Assembly (NCBI GenBank): GCA_038063815.1
Contig: JBBTUJ010000001.1
Span: 4,980 to 66,256 of the forward strand
Length of the DNA stretch: 61,277 bases
From: Patescibacteria group bacterium
GTDB lineage: Bacteria; Patescibacteriota; Minisyncoccia; Phycocordibacterales; EsbW-18
Reading direction: 5' to 3'
Made by a program: the position numbers and the translations under genes. The stretch's first letter is position 1, and each line of letters begins with the position of its first letter. Below are positions 19,685-29,443 of the stretch, piece by piece. The notes beneath the pieces were generated by a model. That model searched no databases. It was given only the letters and a program-made list of their open reading frames with translations, and was not told the DNA's origin.

Positions 19685-21193
19685 TTATCGTTCGACAAAT
19701 GTAAACGCGACGATCGTGTCTCCCGTTGCGAGTTCGACAGTCGCGTCGATCTTTGCGCCGCAATCCACACCTGCTTCAACGCGCGACGTGCGCTCCTTGT
19801 TCCTTTGGAGTTCCATGATCTTTCCTTTGCCAATCTCTTCGCCGCGTCGCATGACGCGCACGGTGTCGTTGTCGGATAACACACCCTCTTCCACCTTAAG
19901 ACCAACAACTTGTTTCATCCGTGTTGCACTGAAGATCTTCAAGACCCGTGTTGTCCCACTAATCTCTTCCTCGCGTCGTTTTGGCCTTCGTGCCGCCTTA
20001 ATCTCGACGAGTTTCTCACTCAATTTGTATATGATTTCATCGGTCATGATAAGGATGCCTGCCCGTTCTGCTTGTTCTCGGACACCATTCTCCATGTGCG
20101 TATTGAAACCAACAATGACCGTTCGCGCATCGCCACCGGCACGTTTGATGTCACTCTCGCCAATCGCTCCAACATCTGCGTGGAGTATCTTGAATGACAC
20201 ACGCTCATCGGAAAGTTTGTGTACTTCGTGTGCCAAGGCATCAAGCGATCCTGCAACATCTGCTTTCAGAATGAGAGGAATTGTGGCACGGTCTTCTTCA
20301 ACCACTTCTCCGTCTACACTTCCGCCGGTGTGTGGAATGGGGCGTTCCTTCACGTGTTCGTTTGCATAGCTTTCAGCATCTTTTTTCTTCTCAAAACTTT
20401 TTACGTTTGTCCCTATCATCGGCAAGTCACTCCACCCGATGATGACAACGGGGGATGAGGGCGTAGCACTTCCAAGCGTTTTTCCGAGAGGATCGTGTAT
20501 TGTGCGCACGGGTGTCATTGCTCCCTGACCTGCAAGGAACATACCAGTCGAGAGTGTTCCTTCGGTGAGGATGAGCGTCGCAGAGATGCCTTTCTTCGGG
20601 TCACGATGTGCCTCAACAATAACCCCCTCTGCGTTTTTTGTGGGGTCCATTGAGAGTTCCAAAAGTTCTGCGCTCAAAAGGATGAGTTCAAGTAAGTTGG
20701 GAATTCCTTCGCCGGTTTTTGCGCTTGTCCCCACATAGGGAATTGCTCCGCCGTGTCCCTCGAGGTAGACACCATTTTCGACGAGAGAATTCTTCGCGCG
20801 CTCAATATCAGCTCCCGGGAGATCAATCTTGTTTATCGCAACGACATAGGGGATCTTCGCTGTTTCGATTGCGAGAAGCGCTTCTTTTGTCTGCGCTTTT
20901 ACACCATCTTCAGCGGAGACGACGAGAACAGCGATATCGGCAAGAGATGCTCCGCGTGTGCGCTGTGCACCAAATGCTTCGTGCCCCGGCGTATCAATGA
21001 AGGTAATCGTTTTTTTCTCCCCTTCTATTTCGTGTTCTACCTCGTATGCGGCGGTGTGCTGAGTGATGCCGCCCGCTTCTCCGGCGACGACGTTCGTGCT
21101 CCGTATGTGGTCAAGCAGGCTCGATTTGCCGTGGTCAACATGACCAAGGACGACAACAACAGGTGGACGTAGTACTCGAGATGATGGCTCCAT
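19685..21193 (-). CDS. infB: Translation initiation factor IF-2 (short form, no N-terminal domain)
   Basis: RPPVVVVLGHVDHGKSSLLD, EAGGITQH, DTPGHEAF, NKID and LILKADVAGSL; only 502 aa. Confidence 0.97.
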   Translation of the reverse strand: MEPSSRVLRPPVVVVLGHVDHGKSSLLDHIRSTNVVAGEAGGITQHTAAYEVEHEIEGEKKTITFIDTPGHEAFGAQRTRGASLADIAVLVVSAEDGVKAQTKEALLAIETAKIPYVVAINKIDLPGADIERAKNSLVENGVYLEGHGGAIPYVGTSAKTGEGIPNLLELILLSAELLELSMDPTKNAEGVIVEAHRDPKKGISATLILTEGTLSTGMFLAGQGAMTPVRTIHDPLGKTLGSATPSSPVVIIGWSDLPMIGTNVKSFEKKKDAESYANEHVKERPIPHTGGSVDGEVVEEDRATIPLILKADVAGSLDALAHEVHKLSDERVSFKILHADVGAIGESDIKRAGGDARTVIVGFNTHMENGVREQAERAGILIMTDEIIYKLSEKLVEIKAARRPKRREEEISGTTRVLKIFSATRMKQVVGLKVEEGVLSDNDTVRVMRRGEEIGKGKIMELQRNKERTSRVEAGVDCGAKIDATVELATGDTIVAFTFVER

Positions 21194-21415
21194 AAGGGAA
21201 CACGCGTATGCATGTTAAAAGTGATTTTACCACATCTTTGAGGAAGACGGAATACCACGCGTGTCTGTACGGCGGTTTACAATGATGCACATGGAAGAAA
21301 AAACGAAGACACGTGTTTACCCAGACACTAACTTTGGCATGACTCACGTTTTGCGGAAATTACATATCAGCAGGTAGATATTTCTCGAAAGGTTTGTGAT
21401 AGTAATCAATAACAT

Positions 21416-22615
21416 ATGCTGAGCAAAAAAAATGCCAAAGTTAGTGTACGGGTCTATCTTGATTATGCTGCGGCAACTCCGCTTGATTCTGAGGTTGCGC
21501 GGGTGATGCGTTCTTTTGAAGATACGCACTTCGCGAACGCGTTCTCGATACACGAGGCGGGGCGAGAATCAAAACGTGTTCTTGAGGAATCTCGGCGTGG
21601 AGTCGCAGAACATCTGGGGGTTCGAGCGGAGGAATGTTTTTTTACATCGGGAGCGACCGATGCTCTCATGCGTGCGATCCACGGAGCAACCGACGCTGTC
21701 ATTGAGCGTGGTGGTACTTACACGGATATGCATATTGTGATGAGCGCCGTTGAGCACTCATCAGTCAAATCGTGTGTTGAAGCACTCGGCCGTCGCGGTG
21801 TCTCGATCTCAATCGTCCCCGTCTCTCACGAAGGTATTGTTGACATTCCTTCACTCGGACGTGTTCTTCGAGCGAATACTGTTCTTGTGTTTGCAATGCT
21901 CGTCAATAACGAAATCGGGACGATACAGCCGATACAAAAGATCGCTCGTGTGATACATGATCATTACGCAAAATCCTCTGACCGACCCAAAGTATTCGGC
22001 AACACGGAACCCATTTTTCTTGTCGATGCCAGTCAGGCCCCGCTATCGCTCCGTATTGCTCCGCATGACCTTGGTGTGAGCATGCTCATTCTTGATGCGC
22101 ATAAGATATATGGTCCGAAGCGAACGGGATTTCTCTATGTGCGCTCTGGTACTACGTTCACCTCGCCCTGCGACATGTTCGGTATGGTGCCGCGAGAAGG
22201 TACGCCGGATGTGGGTGGTGCAATCGGTATGCGAACAGCGTATGACAGCGTCGAGGCGCGTCGAGAGGGTGATACAAAAAAATGGCGCGATCTCAAAACA
22301 TATTTCATCGAAGCTTTGATGGCGCGATTCCCTGGCATGATTGTGAACGGTTCAATCAAAGAAAGTGTCCCCAATATCCTCAATGTCTCTTTTCCTGACG
22401 TCAACGGAGAATTTCTTGCTACCAAACTGGACATGGCGGGAGTTGCGGCCGCGGTCAAAAGTGCATGTCTTTCGGGGGGTAAGGAAGGTTCATACGTTAT
22501 TCACGCCCTGGCACCAGAAAGAGCGAACGAATCAATCCGGTTCTCATTCGGGCGTGAGACGAGTCGAGACGACGTCGACTACACCATCTCGGTTCTTGCG
22601 GACATCCTTGTGTAA
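21416..22615 (+). CDS. Cysteine desulfurase (IscS/NifS family)
   Basis: VYLDYAAATP, PLP-lysine region DAHKIYGPK, catalytic-loop 'KSACLSG', and SIRFSFGR. Confidence 0.92.
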   Translation: MLSKKNAKVSVRVYLDYAAATPLDSEVARVMRSFEDTHFANAFSIHEAGRESKRVLEESRRGVAEHLGVRAEECFFTSGATDALMRAIHGATDAVIERGGTYTDMHIVMSAVEHSSVKSCVEALGRRGVSISIVPVSHEGIVDIPSLGRVLRANTVLVFAMLVNNEIGTIQPIQKIARVIHDHYAKSSDRPKVFGNTEPIFLVDASQAPLSLRIAPHDLGVSMLILDAHKIYGPKRTGFLYVRSGTTFTSPCDMFGMVPREGTPDVGGAIGMRTAYDSVEARREGDTKKWRDLKTYFIEALMARFPGMIVNGSIKESVPNILNVSFPDVNGEFLATKLDMAGVAAAVKSACLSGGKEGSYVIHALAPERANESIRFSFGRETSRDDVDYTISVLADILV

Positions 22616-22707
22616 GAAAACGAGGCACCACTCGTCTCATAGGTAAGGAATATTTGCATTCCCGCTTTTTCCTCTATATCATACTTATACAAATACAGCC
22701 CTATTGT

Positions 22708-23472
22708 ATGGATCTTGAACATTTAAACAAAACACAGATCATCCTTTTGACGCTCTTAATCTCATTCGTGACATCGATTGCGACAGGTATCGCAACGGTA
22801 TCCCTGATGGAGAAAGCGCCGACCGATGTAACTCGCGTCATCGATCGCATTATTGAGAGACCGATTGAGACATTCGTGCCCGGTTCACGTGAAGTGGTGA
22901 CACAGGAACGGACGGTTGTTGTCTCGGAGAGTGAACTCATCGCAAAAGCGATTACCGCAATCACTCCTTCGATAGTCAATATCTACAGCGTTTCAAGACG
23001 CGACGAACTCACATTCAAAGGTATGGGCATCATCGTTTCCGCAGAAGGTATCGTCGTTGCAGACAGTCGTATCGTTAAGAACGGAGAAGAATACGTTGCG
23101 CGGCTTTCTGACGGTACAGAACTTACCGCAGAGCCGTCGCAAGAAGAAGGAGAGCAGGGTTTCTTTCGTCTTGAACGACTGGCGGAACGGACGTTTACCC
23201 CTGCCACATTTGCCGCATTTGACGCTCTGACTCTCGGCCAAACAGTTATTGTTCTCTCAGGCGAAACATCGCTCTCGATTTCTCCTGGCGTTATCGCCGA
23301 ACTCGTGCCGTCAGAACAGGAGAACGTATCATCGCGCATTCGCGCTTCCATTGACTCATCTCGCGTGCTCCTCGGGTCTCCCCTGATTGATCTTAAGGGT
23401 GCTGTCATTGGGATGCCGGAGAGCGAGGGTGGTTCCGTCTTCATATCTCTACGAGAGGCATCAGGCGAGTAG
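22708..23472 (+). CDS. Trypsin-like (S1C/HtrA-like) fold protein, probably catalytically degenerate
   Basis: N-terminal TM, 'GMGIIVSAEGIVV', 'LGQTVIVL' and 'GSPLIDLKGAVIGM' align with HtrA, but the His and GNSGG serine motifs are absent. Confidence 0.7.
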   Translation: MDLEHLNKTQIILLTLLISFVTSIATGIATVSLMEKAPTDVTRVIDRIIERPIETFVPGSREVVTQERTVVVSESELIAKAITAITPSIVNIYSVSRRDELTFKGMGIIVSAEGIVVADSRIVKNGEEYVARLSDGTELTAEPSQEEGEQGFFRLERLAERTFTPATFAAFDALTLGQTVIVLSGETSLSISPGVIAELVPSEQENVSSRIRASIDSSRVLLGSPLIDLKGAVIGMPESEGGSVFISLREASGE

Positions 23473-23515
23473 GTTTTTTGACACTAGACAAGTTGTGTGA
23501 TATATTGGGTGCACT

Positions 23516-26227
23516 ATGCCTCCACATTTCAAAAATTTCACGACAAAGGCCAAGGAAGCCATCAAAAAGGCGCACGAGCTTGCTCTTGAGCGTGGCCAGA
23601 GCCATGTGAATGTTCTCCATCTTCTTGCGGCGCTTATTTTGCAGGAAGAGAGCATGGTCGCGTCGATTCTCGATCGGCTTGAAGTGGATACAATTGCTCT
23701 CACGGACGAGCTTCTTGAAGCGATTGAGTCGCCTGACGCGGGCGGCACGGTGACGCCGTCATATCAAATGTACATCACACCCGAACTCGGCAAGGTGCTC
23801 GAGAATTCGATTCGTGTCGCAGCAATGCTCTCTGATCAATTCACTTCGACGGAGCATCTCTTCATCGCGTCCCTCGATTCGCAAGGTGAAGCGCGCGAAG
23901 TCCTCTCGCAGTTCAAGATCGAGAAGAATCATGTTCTCCAAGTACTGCAGGAACTTCGTGAACACGGCGCAAAAGAAGGGGGAGGGAGCAAGAAGCCCCG
24001 CGCAATCGCGCGTTACACACGAAGTTTGACCGCGCTCGCGCGTGAGAACAAACTCGATCCTGTTATCGGTCGTGATAAAGAGATAGGTCGCATCATTCAG
24101 ATTCTCTCACGGCGCACGAAGAATAATCCGATTTTGATCGGAGAAGCGGGTGTTGGAAAGACCGCTGTTGTCGAAGGGCTCGCACAACGCATCGCGTCTG
24201 GCGACATTCCCGAGTCACTTAAAGATAGAGACCTCGTGTCACTTGACCTCGGTGCGCTCATTGCGGGGACGAAATACCGCGGAGAATTCGAAGAGCGCCT
24301 CAAGGCGATTGTGAAAGAAGTCGAAAAATCAAACGGTAAAATCGTTCTCTTTATTGACGAGATTCATACGATTGTTGGCGCGGGCGCTGCGGAAGGAGCA
24401 ATGGACGCGTCAAACATGTTGAAGCCCGCACTCGCGAGAGGAGAACTCCGGGCGATTGGTGCAACGACACTTAAGGAATACCAACGCCACATCGAACGCG
24501 ATCCGGCACTGACACGGCGTTTTCAGCCCGTCTATATCAATGAGCCGTCGATCGAAGATGCGATTGCTATTTTGCGTGGACTCAAGGAAAAATATGAACT
24601 TTACCATGGCGTAAAGATTACGGACGACGCAATCATTGCCGGGGTCAATCTTTCAAGCCGCTATATTTCAGACAGATTTTTACCTGATAAGGCGGTTGAC
24701 CTCATTGACGAAGCATCGTCCGCGCTCCGCATCTCTCTTGAGAACAAGCCGGCCATACTCGAAGAAACAAATCGAAAGATAATGGTCCTTGAGATTGAAC
24801 GAGAGGCACTTAAGGGTGACGTGGGAAGGGATGGAAAAACACCAAAAGCAAAGAGTCGGTTGAAGGTGATCGAAAAAGGGATTGCTGACCTCAAAGAGAC
24901 GATCTCAGAGATTGAAATCAAGTGGAAGAACGAAAAGGAAACAATCACGGAAATAAAAGACATCAAAAAACAACTGGAGCGAGAACGCCTCGATGCAGAA
25001 TCTGCTGAGGCGACGGCGGATTTGGCCCGCGCAGCGGAAATCCGATACGGACATATTCCGACGCTTGAAAAAGAACTCGAACAAAAGAGCGCACGATTAA
25101 AACGACTCCAGAAGTCGCGCCGTATTCTTAAAGAAGAAGTAACCGAAACAGATATTGCAGAGATCGTCGCACGATGGACGGGAATCCCGCTTGCACGGAT
25201 GCTTGAGAGTGAGGCGGAAAAACTTTCGCGCATGGAAGAAGAATTGAAGAAGCGTGTCGTCGGACAAGACGAAGCGGTGGAGAAGGTTGCAAATGCAGTG
25301 AAGCGTTCGCGCGCCGGAATCGCAGACCCCAATCGTCCGATCGGTTCGTTTATTTTCCTTGGGCCAACGGGTGTGGGGAAGACAGAGCTCGCGAAAGCGC
25401 TCGCAGAATTTATGTTTGATGACGAGAAAGCGCTTATCCGCGTGGACATGAGCGAGTACATGGAGAAGCACTCTGTTTCGAAAGTTATCGGTGCGCCTCC
25501 GGGATACGTTGGACACGAAGAAGGGGGAGCGCTTACTGAATTAGTACGTCACCGCCCCTACTCCGTCATCCTTTTTGATGAGATTGAAAAAGCACATCCA
25601 GAAGTATTCAACATCTTGCTCCAAGTACTTGATGACGGGCGTCTGACAGATGCGAAGGGAAGAACGGTTAACTTCAAGAATACGATTATTGTGATGACGT
25701 CAAACATCGGCGCAGAATATCTTGATCGAATGCATGGTATCGGATTTGGAACAAAAGATGCTGATGTGCAATCGTACGGGAATATGCGTGAAAAGGTTAT
25801 GGATGCACTCAAGGACCAATTCCGACCGGAATTCCTGAATCGTCTCGATGAGATTATCGTCTTTAATATCTTGCCTGGTTCCGCGATTGAATCGATTGTC
25901 GGTATCCAGCTTGAACTGGTGAAGAAGCGGCTTCTCGGAAAAGAGATCGAACTTACGGTAACATCTGCCGCGGTCTCGTACCTTGCTCGTGTTGGATATA
26001 ATCCGACATACGGCGCACGTCCGTTACGCCGCCTCATCCAGGACAAGATTCTGACGAAAGTCGCGCAACTCATGGTGTCAAAAGGAATCCTCGAAGGCGG
26101 TGCAATCACGGTTGATGTTGCCAAAAATGAAAGCGGGGAAGAGGACATCACCTTCACGCTTACCAAGAAAGGAAAGTCATCGCGTGGAAAAAGCAAACTA
26201 TCTCTCGCAGAAACAGTTAAGGTATAA
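23516..26227 (+). CDS. clpB: ATP-dependent chaperone ClpB/ClpC family
   Basis: Clp-N repeats, two AAA modules (GEAGVGKT; GPTGVGKT), a long coiled-coil middle domain, and RIDMS-like '[11 protein letters not shown]'. Confidence 0.93.
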   Translation: MPPHFKNFTTKAKEAIKKAHELALERGQSHVNVLHLLAALILQEESMVASILDRLEVDTIALTDELLEAIESPDAGGTVTPSYQMYITPELGKVLENSIRVAAMLSDQFTSTEHLFIASLDSQGEAREVLSQFKIEKNHVLQVLQELREHGAKEGGGSKKPRAIARYTRSLTALARENKLDPVIGRDKEIGRIIQILSRRTKNNPILIGEAGVGKTAVVEGLAQRIASGDIPESLKDRDLVSLDLGALIAGTKYRGEFEERLKAIVKEVEKSNGKIVLFIDEIHTIVGAGAAEGAMDASNMLKPALARGELRAIGATTLKEYQRHIERDPALTRRFQPVYINEPSIEDAIAILRGLKEKYELYHGVKITDDAIIAGVNLSSRYISDRFLPDKAVDLIDEASSALRISLENKPAILEETNRKIMVLEIEREALKGDVGRDGKTPKAKSRLKVIEKGIADLKETISEIEIKWKNEKETITEIKDIKKQLERERLDAESAEATADLARAAEIRYGHIPTLEKELEQKSARLKRLQKSRRILKEEVTETDIAEIVARWTGIPLARMLESEAEKLSRMEEELKKRVVGQDEAVEKVANAVKRSRAGIADPNRPIGSFIFLGPTGVGKTELAKALAEFMFDDEKALIRVDMSEYMEKHSVSKVIGAPPGYVGHEEGGALTELVRHRPYSVILFDEIEKAHPEVFNILLQVLDDGRLTDAKGRTVNFKNTIIVMTSNIGAEYLDRMHGIGFGTKDADVQSYGNMREKVMDALKDQFRPEFLNRLDEIIVFNILPGSAIESIVGIQLELVKKRLLGKEIELTVTSAAVSYLARVGYNPTYGARPLRRLIQDKILTKVAQLMVSKGILEGGAITVDVAKNESGEEDITFTLTKKGKSSRGKSKLSLAETVKV

Positions 26228-26241
26228 TTTTTTGCTTTTCT

Positions 26242-26276
26242 TTGTTGTTTGTTGTAGGTTGTTTGTTGTAGGTTGT
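26242..26276. repeat. 7-nt tandem tract (single arm) directly 5' of tRNA-Tyr
   Basis: ttgttgt-ttgttgt-aggttgt-ttgttgt-aggttgt. Confidence 0.75.
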
Positions 26277-26280
26277 TTTT

Positions 26281-26367
26281 GCGTCGGTACTCAAGTGGTC
26301 AACGAGGGCACGCTGTAGACGTGCTGGCCTTTGGCCTACGGGGGTTCGAATCCCTCCCGGCGCACCA
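26281..26367 (+). tRNA. tRNA-Tyr(GTA)
   Basis: Anticodon arm gcacg-ctgtaga-cgtgc, long variable arm, encoded CCA. Confidence 0.95.
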
Positions 26368-26407
26368 TACAAAAATAATGCATCGCAATGATGCATTATT
26401 TTTGTAT
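26367..26407. terminator. Long inverted repeat / terminator after tRNA-Tyr
   Basis: 18-bp arms atacaaaaataatgcatc-gcaat-gatgcattatttttgtat. Confidence 0.7.
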
Positions 26408-26556
26408 CTGGTCGCCGAGAGCGACTGAACTGCTTCGGTCGCGAGAGGGATTCGAACGCCGGAGTCATGTTCCGAAAGCTTTCGGAACAGACGAGGCGGT
26501 GCCCAGTCCGAACCGAGCGACGGCGAGGCGAGAGGCGCGGGAGAATCCCTCCCGGC
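26408..26556. repeat. tRNA-3'-end-derived structured element
   Basis: Contains gagggattcgaa (antisense to the tRNA-Tyr T arm), internal hairpins, and a 14-nt direct copy gaatccctcccggc (26543-26556) of tRNA-Tyr 26348-26361. Confidence 0.6.
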
Positions 26557-26606
26557 AACAATGTCCTCGAGAAAGTTCTCCGGTTACATTTTTATGATAT
26601 TCTTGT

Positions 26607-26842
26607 CGGCAGGGGCCACTGAGGTGGCAGTCGATTGCTGGTAGAGGTGGGCAAGACCTCGCCTTTCTTCCTCCAGCGTCTCCCTTTACTGTAATGTGCG
26701 ACTCACTCGACGGTGCACCAAGGGTAAAGGCAGTACTGTTCCTTGGTGTTTAAAGAAAGGTCGCTATCCAGCGAGCACACGAGGCCACACCACAGCGTTA
26801 CGGCGCTGTGATGCGAGGAGGGGAGTCGAGCCCCTCCTTTTT
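26607..26842 (+). ncRNA. Unassigned structured RNA candidate
   Basis: No convincing ORF. Nested stems: gaggt/acctc, cctttctt/aagaaagg, caccaagg/ccttggtg, cctttac/gtaaagg, tcgct/agcga, cacagcg/cgctgtg; ends in ggagggg/cccctcc plus a U-tract. Confidence 0.5.
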
Positions 26843-26879
26843 CATTTGTGTTTTTTTCAAAACCTGTTAAAATGTCTTC

Positions 26880-27047
26880 ATGTCCCAAGACGCAATCGCA
26901 AAACTCAAATCAACCAAGTCCGACCACATGTATTGGACGCGGCGCAATAGAAAGAGCAAAGGAGTCCAGAATAAGGAACGCCTTGAGCTTATTAAGTTCG
27001 ACCCGACTATTCGTCAGCGTGTTACATACAAGCAGGTGAAAAAGTAA
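26880..27047 (+). CDS. rpmG: 50S ribosomal protein L33
   Basis: 55 aa, below the ORF-track cutoff: MSQDAIAKLKSTKSDHMYWTRRNRKSKGVQNKERLELIKFDPTIRQRVTYKQVKK. Confidence 0.9.
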   Translation: MSQDAIAKLKSTKSDHMYWTRRNRKSKGVQNKERLELIKFDPTIRQRVTYKQVKK

Positions 27048-27096
27048 ATTTTTGCTTTAAAAATCAAGAAAGCAAAAAGTGGCGAAGGCCACTTTT

Positions 27097-27131
27097 TTGT
27101 TGTAAGTTGTTTGTTGTTGGGCGTTTGTTTA
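27097..27131. repeat. 7-nt tandem tract (single arm) directly 5' of tRNA-Trp
   Basis: ttgttgt-aagttgt-ttgttgt-tgggcgt-ttgttta. Confidence 0.65.
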
Positions 27132-27136
27132 TAAAG

Positions 27137-27207
27137 GGGCCTATAGTTCAATGGTAGAATTTCTCTCTCCAAAAGAGAAGATCCAGGTTCGAATCCTGGT
27201 GGGCCCG
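27137..27207 (+). tRNA. tRNA-Trp(CCA)
   Basis: Anticodon arm tctct-ctccaaa-agaga, T arm ccagg-ttcgaat-cctgg; the 3' CCA is not encoded. Confidence 0.93.
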
Positions 27208-27318
27208 CCTTCGGTTTGCAGTAGCAAACCTGCGTCGTGGCAAGCCCGCCACAAGAACTAAGTGTCGGAGTGGTCCGAGTGCATTGTGTCGCATTTTTAA
27301 TTAGCCATTTTGGCTAAG

Positions 27319-27951
27319 TTATTCTTGCCTTCGCGAAACCACTTCTTCAATGACTTTTTGTATATTAGGGAAATGGGAGTCAAAAGCGATTTTGACTTCT
27401 TTAAGATCTTCGGGTTTTCCTTGAATGTTTACTTCTCCAGGAAAGAATCTGTCCATAATTAAATCTACCATTCTTTCTTTAGTCCAGTGCTCAATCTTGT
27501 ATTTCTTCACCCACTCCTCAATCGCCAGATGTACAATCTCATGAGCTAGGGTAATCCAGGAAATAGTGCGTCCATAATCAATATTCACTTGAACGTTATT
27601 TGGTAAGCTGTAGCTACCGCCAACCCCGTACTTTGTAAGTGAGATGGTATATGTATCGTGTACCGGCACGCCCAAACTCTTCAGATTTTTTGTAAAATCT
27701 CTCTCGATCTTCCGAAACTCAGATTCTAAAAGTTTTATTGCGTTATCATATGCAACGGTGTCAAACTCTTCTGTAACCACCTTAGTGATTTCTTCGTCTT
27801 CGACACGCTCACCGCATTCTGCTTTGGCTTTCAATGAGTCAGGGAGATTGATTCGGTAATTATTTTCTTTGTACCATCTGTATTTATCCAGAGTATATCC
27901 AATCCGATCTGCTTCTGATTCCGGCGAATATCTAAAATGGAGCTCCATCAC
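27319..27951 (-). CDS. Hypothetical protein with HExxH zinc-metallopeptidase motif
   Basis: 'ITLAHEIVHLAIEE'; AT-rich gene downstream of tRNA-Trp. Confidence 0.6.
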   Translation of the reverse strand: MMELHFRYSPESEADRIGYTLDKYRWYKENNYRINLPDSLKAKAECGERVEDEEITKVVTEEFDTVAYDNAIKLLESEFRKIERDFTKNLKSLGVPVHDTYTISLTKYGVGGSYSLPNNVQVNIDYGRTISWITLAHEIVHLAIEEWVKKYKIEHWTKERMVDLIMDRFFPGEVNIQGKPEDLKEVKIAFDSHFPNIQKVIEEVVSRRQE

Positions 27952-28078
27952 TCTATTTTATACTTATTTACAGAATTCGTACTCAGACCCGAGTGCCTCG
28001 GCGATACCTACCGTAAGATGCTAAAATAGCCTTGCACGGGTTGGACCTGTCGGTACTTAACCTGAGTGGCACGCACAT

Positions 28079-28735
28079 ATGAAATTACTTCTTACCTCAG
28101 CCGGAATTACAAACAAATCGATATCCGATGCGTTGTTTAGATTGGTCGGTAAAAAACCAGAAGACACCTCTCTTGTTTTTATTCCAACTGCCTCAAATGT
28201 AGAGAAAGGAGATAAGGGGTGGTTGATTGACGATTTGATTAATTTAAAAAAACAGGAATTCAAATCAATTGACATCGCAGATATCTCAGCGGTTGGAGAG
28301 GAGATATGGAGACCAAAACTTGAAGAAGCCGACGTGCTCTTTTTTGAAGGAGGCAATACATATCATCTTCTCGAATGGATACACAAATCAGGGTTGATCA
28401 ATTGTCTTCCTGAATTGTTGAAAACTCGTGTGTGGGTTGGCCTAAGTGCGGGAAGTATGGTGACGAACAAAGATTTGGCCTTGAAGATATCGCAGATTGT
28501 GTATGAAGAAGATTTGGATAGGACGGAAGATGTTGTTGGTCTGAATTACGTTGATTTTTATTTCTTGCCGCATCTTAATTCGGAATTTTTTCCAAGGCTG
28601 CGAGAACAAAATATCAAAGATGCCACACAAGGAATGAGCGAAAAAGTATACGCTCTTGACGATAACTCTGCGCTTGTGGTTGTGGATGGGAAGGTTGAGG
28701 TTGTGAGCGAAGGAAAATACCTGGAGTACAATTAG
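28079..28735 (+). CDS. Peptidase S51 / dipeptidase E family (class I GATase-like)
   Basis: MKLLLTSAG, 'ADVLFFEGGNTYHL', nucleophile 'GLSAGS', and 'YFLPHLN'. Confidence 0.88.
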   Translation: MKLLLTSAGITNKSISDALFRLVGKKPEDTSLVFIPTASNVEKGDKGWLIDDLINLKKQEFKSIDIADISAVGEEIWRPKLEEADVLFFEGGNTYHLLEWIHKSGLINCLPELLKTRVWVGLSAGSMVTNKDLALKISQIVYEEDLDRTEDVVGLNYVDFYFLPHLNSEFFPRLREQNIKDATQGMSEKVYALDDNSALVVVDGKVEVVSEGKYLEYN

Positions 28736-29206
28736 ATGAAAAAGATTCTCCTCGCACTCCTTATTATTGTATGCGCTCTTCTCTTGGGTGTTGCTTTTAT
28801 GCTTAAAAATAATGAAGAAATATCAGTAGAAGGCACAGACCTCGCGACAACAACGCTTTCGTGGGACGGAGGATCCTTTATTGTTGAAATCGCGGACACT
28901 TCTGCCTCAAGAACACAAGGATTATCCGACAGGGAAGAACTTCTCCGTGGTCACGGGATGCTGTTTGTGTTTCCGAAAGATGATTTTTACTCTTTTTGGA
29001 TGAAGGATATGCGCTTCTCGATTGACATGCTCTGGTTAAGCTCAGATTTTCGTGTTGTGCATATAGTTTCGGCTGTATCTCCAGAAACCTATCCGGAGTC
29101 ATTCACATCTCCTGACTCGGCGCGCTATGTTTTAGAGATTCCTAGCGGTGAATCGCTCACAAAAGGAGTTGTTGTTGGTACACAGTTTGTCGCTCCCTCG
29201 TTTTAA
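28736..29206 (+). CDS. DUF192 family protein
   Basis: 'VEIADT..SRTQGLSDRE...GMLFVF...FWMKDMRFSIDMLW...ARYVLEI'. Confidence 0.9.
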   Translation: MKKILLALLIIVCALLLGVAFMLKNNEEISVEGTDLATTTLSWDGGSFIVEIADTSASRTQGLSDREELLRGHGMLFVFPKDDFYSFWMKDMRFSIDMLWLSSDFRVVHIVSAVSPETYPESFTSPDSARYVLEIPSGESLTKGVVVGTQFVAPSF

Positions 29207-29443
29207 AATTTCTTCGGCGGATTGTAAACGTTGACGGTCTTCTTTTTTCATCCCATGACCTCTCAAAAAGGAGTTATCCACCGTGTGGTGGGCAGGTCGA
29301 GTGTCCTACAATAGGTGCACGACTGATTTCCGACTTGATTGACTTCTCGATTTTAAAATTGGGGAAAGGGGAAGACGCCCTGAGAAGAGGATGTATACAC
29401 AGTGCACGAATCATTAGTACTTTTAATCCAAGCACATCGCAGT

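Noticed and set aside
21200-21415. Ribosomal protein or small gene between infB and the cysteine desulfurase
   Set aside because: Only short ORFs without recognisable motifs.
2714-26196. Long antisense ORFs such as 2714-3574, 11743-12618, 17341-18180, 17472-18170, 19668-20369, 24661-25461 and 25558-26196
   Set aside because: They overlap well-supported genes on the opposite strand or in another frame and have no recognisable motifs; codon-bias shadows.
26607-26842. tmRNA, SRP RNA or cobalamin riboswitch
   Set aside because: No T-arm plus CCA end or Ala-ending tag frame was seen, there is no SRP GGAA-loop helix, and GCCACTG is not followed by the B12-box GGGAAG. Left unassigned.
27960-28075. 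Riboswitch upstream of the S51 peptidase
   Set aside because: A few short pairings (taccg/cggta, tgcc/ggca) exist, but no recognisable aptamer core.
29206-29443. NrdR boxes or a cobalamin riboswitch upstream of nrdA
   Set aside because: No convincing match to the NrdR palindrome or B12 element; only a weak hairpin and an imperfect DnaA-like box.
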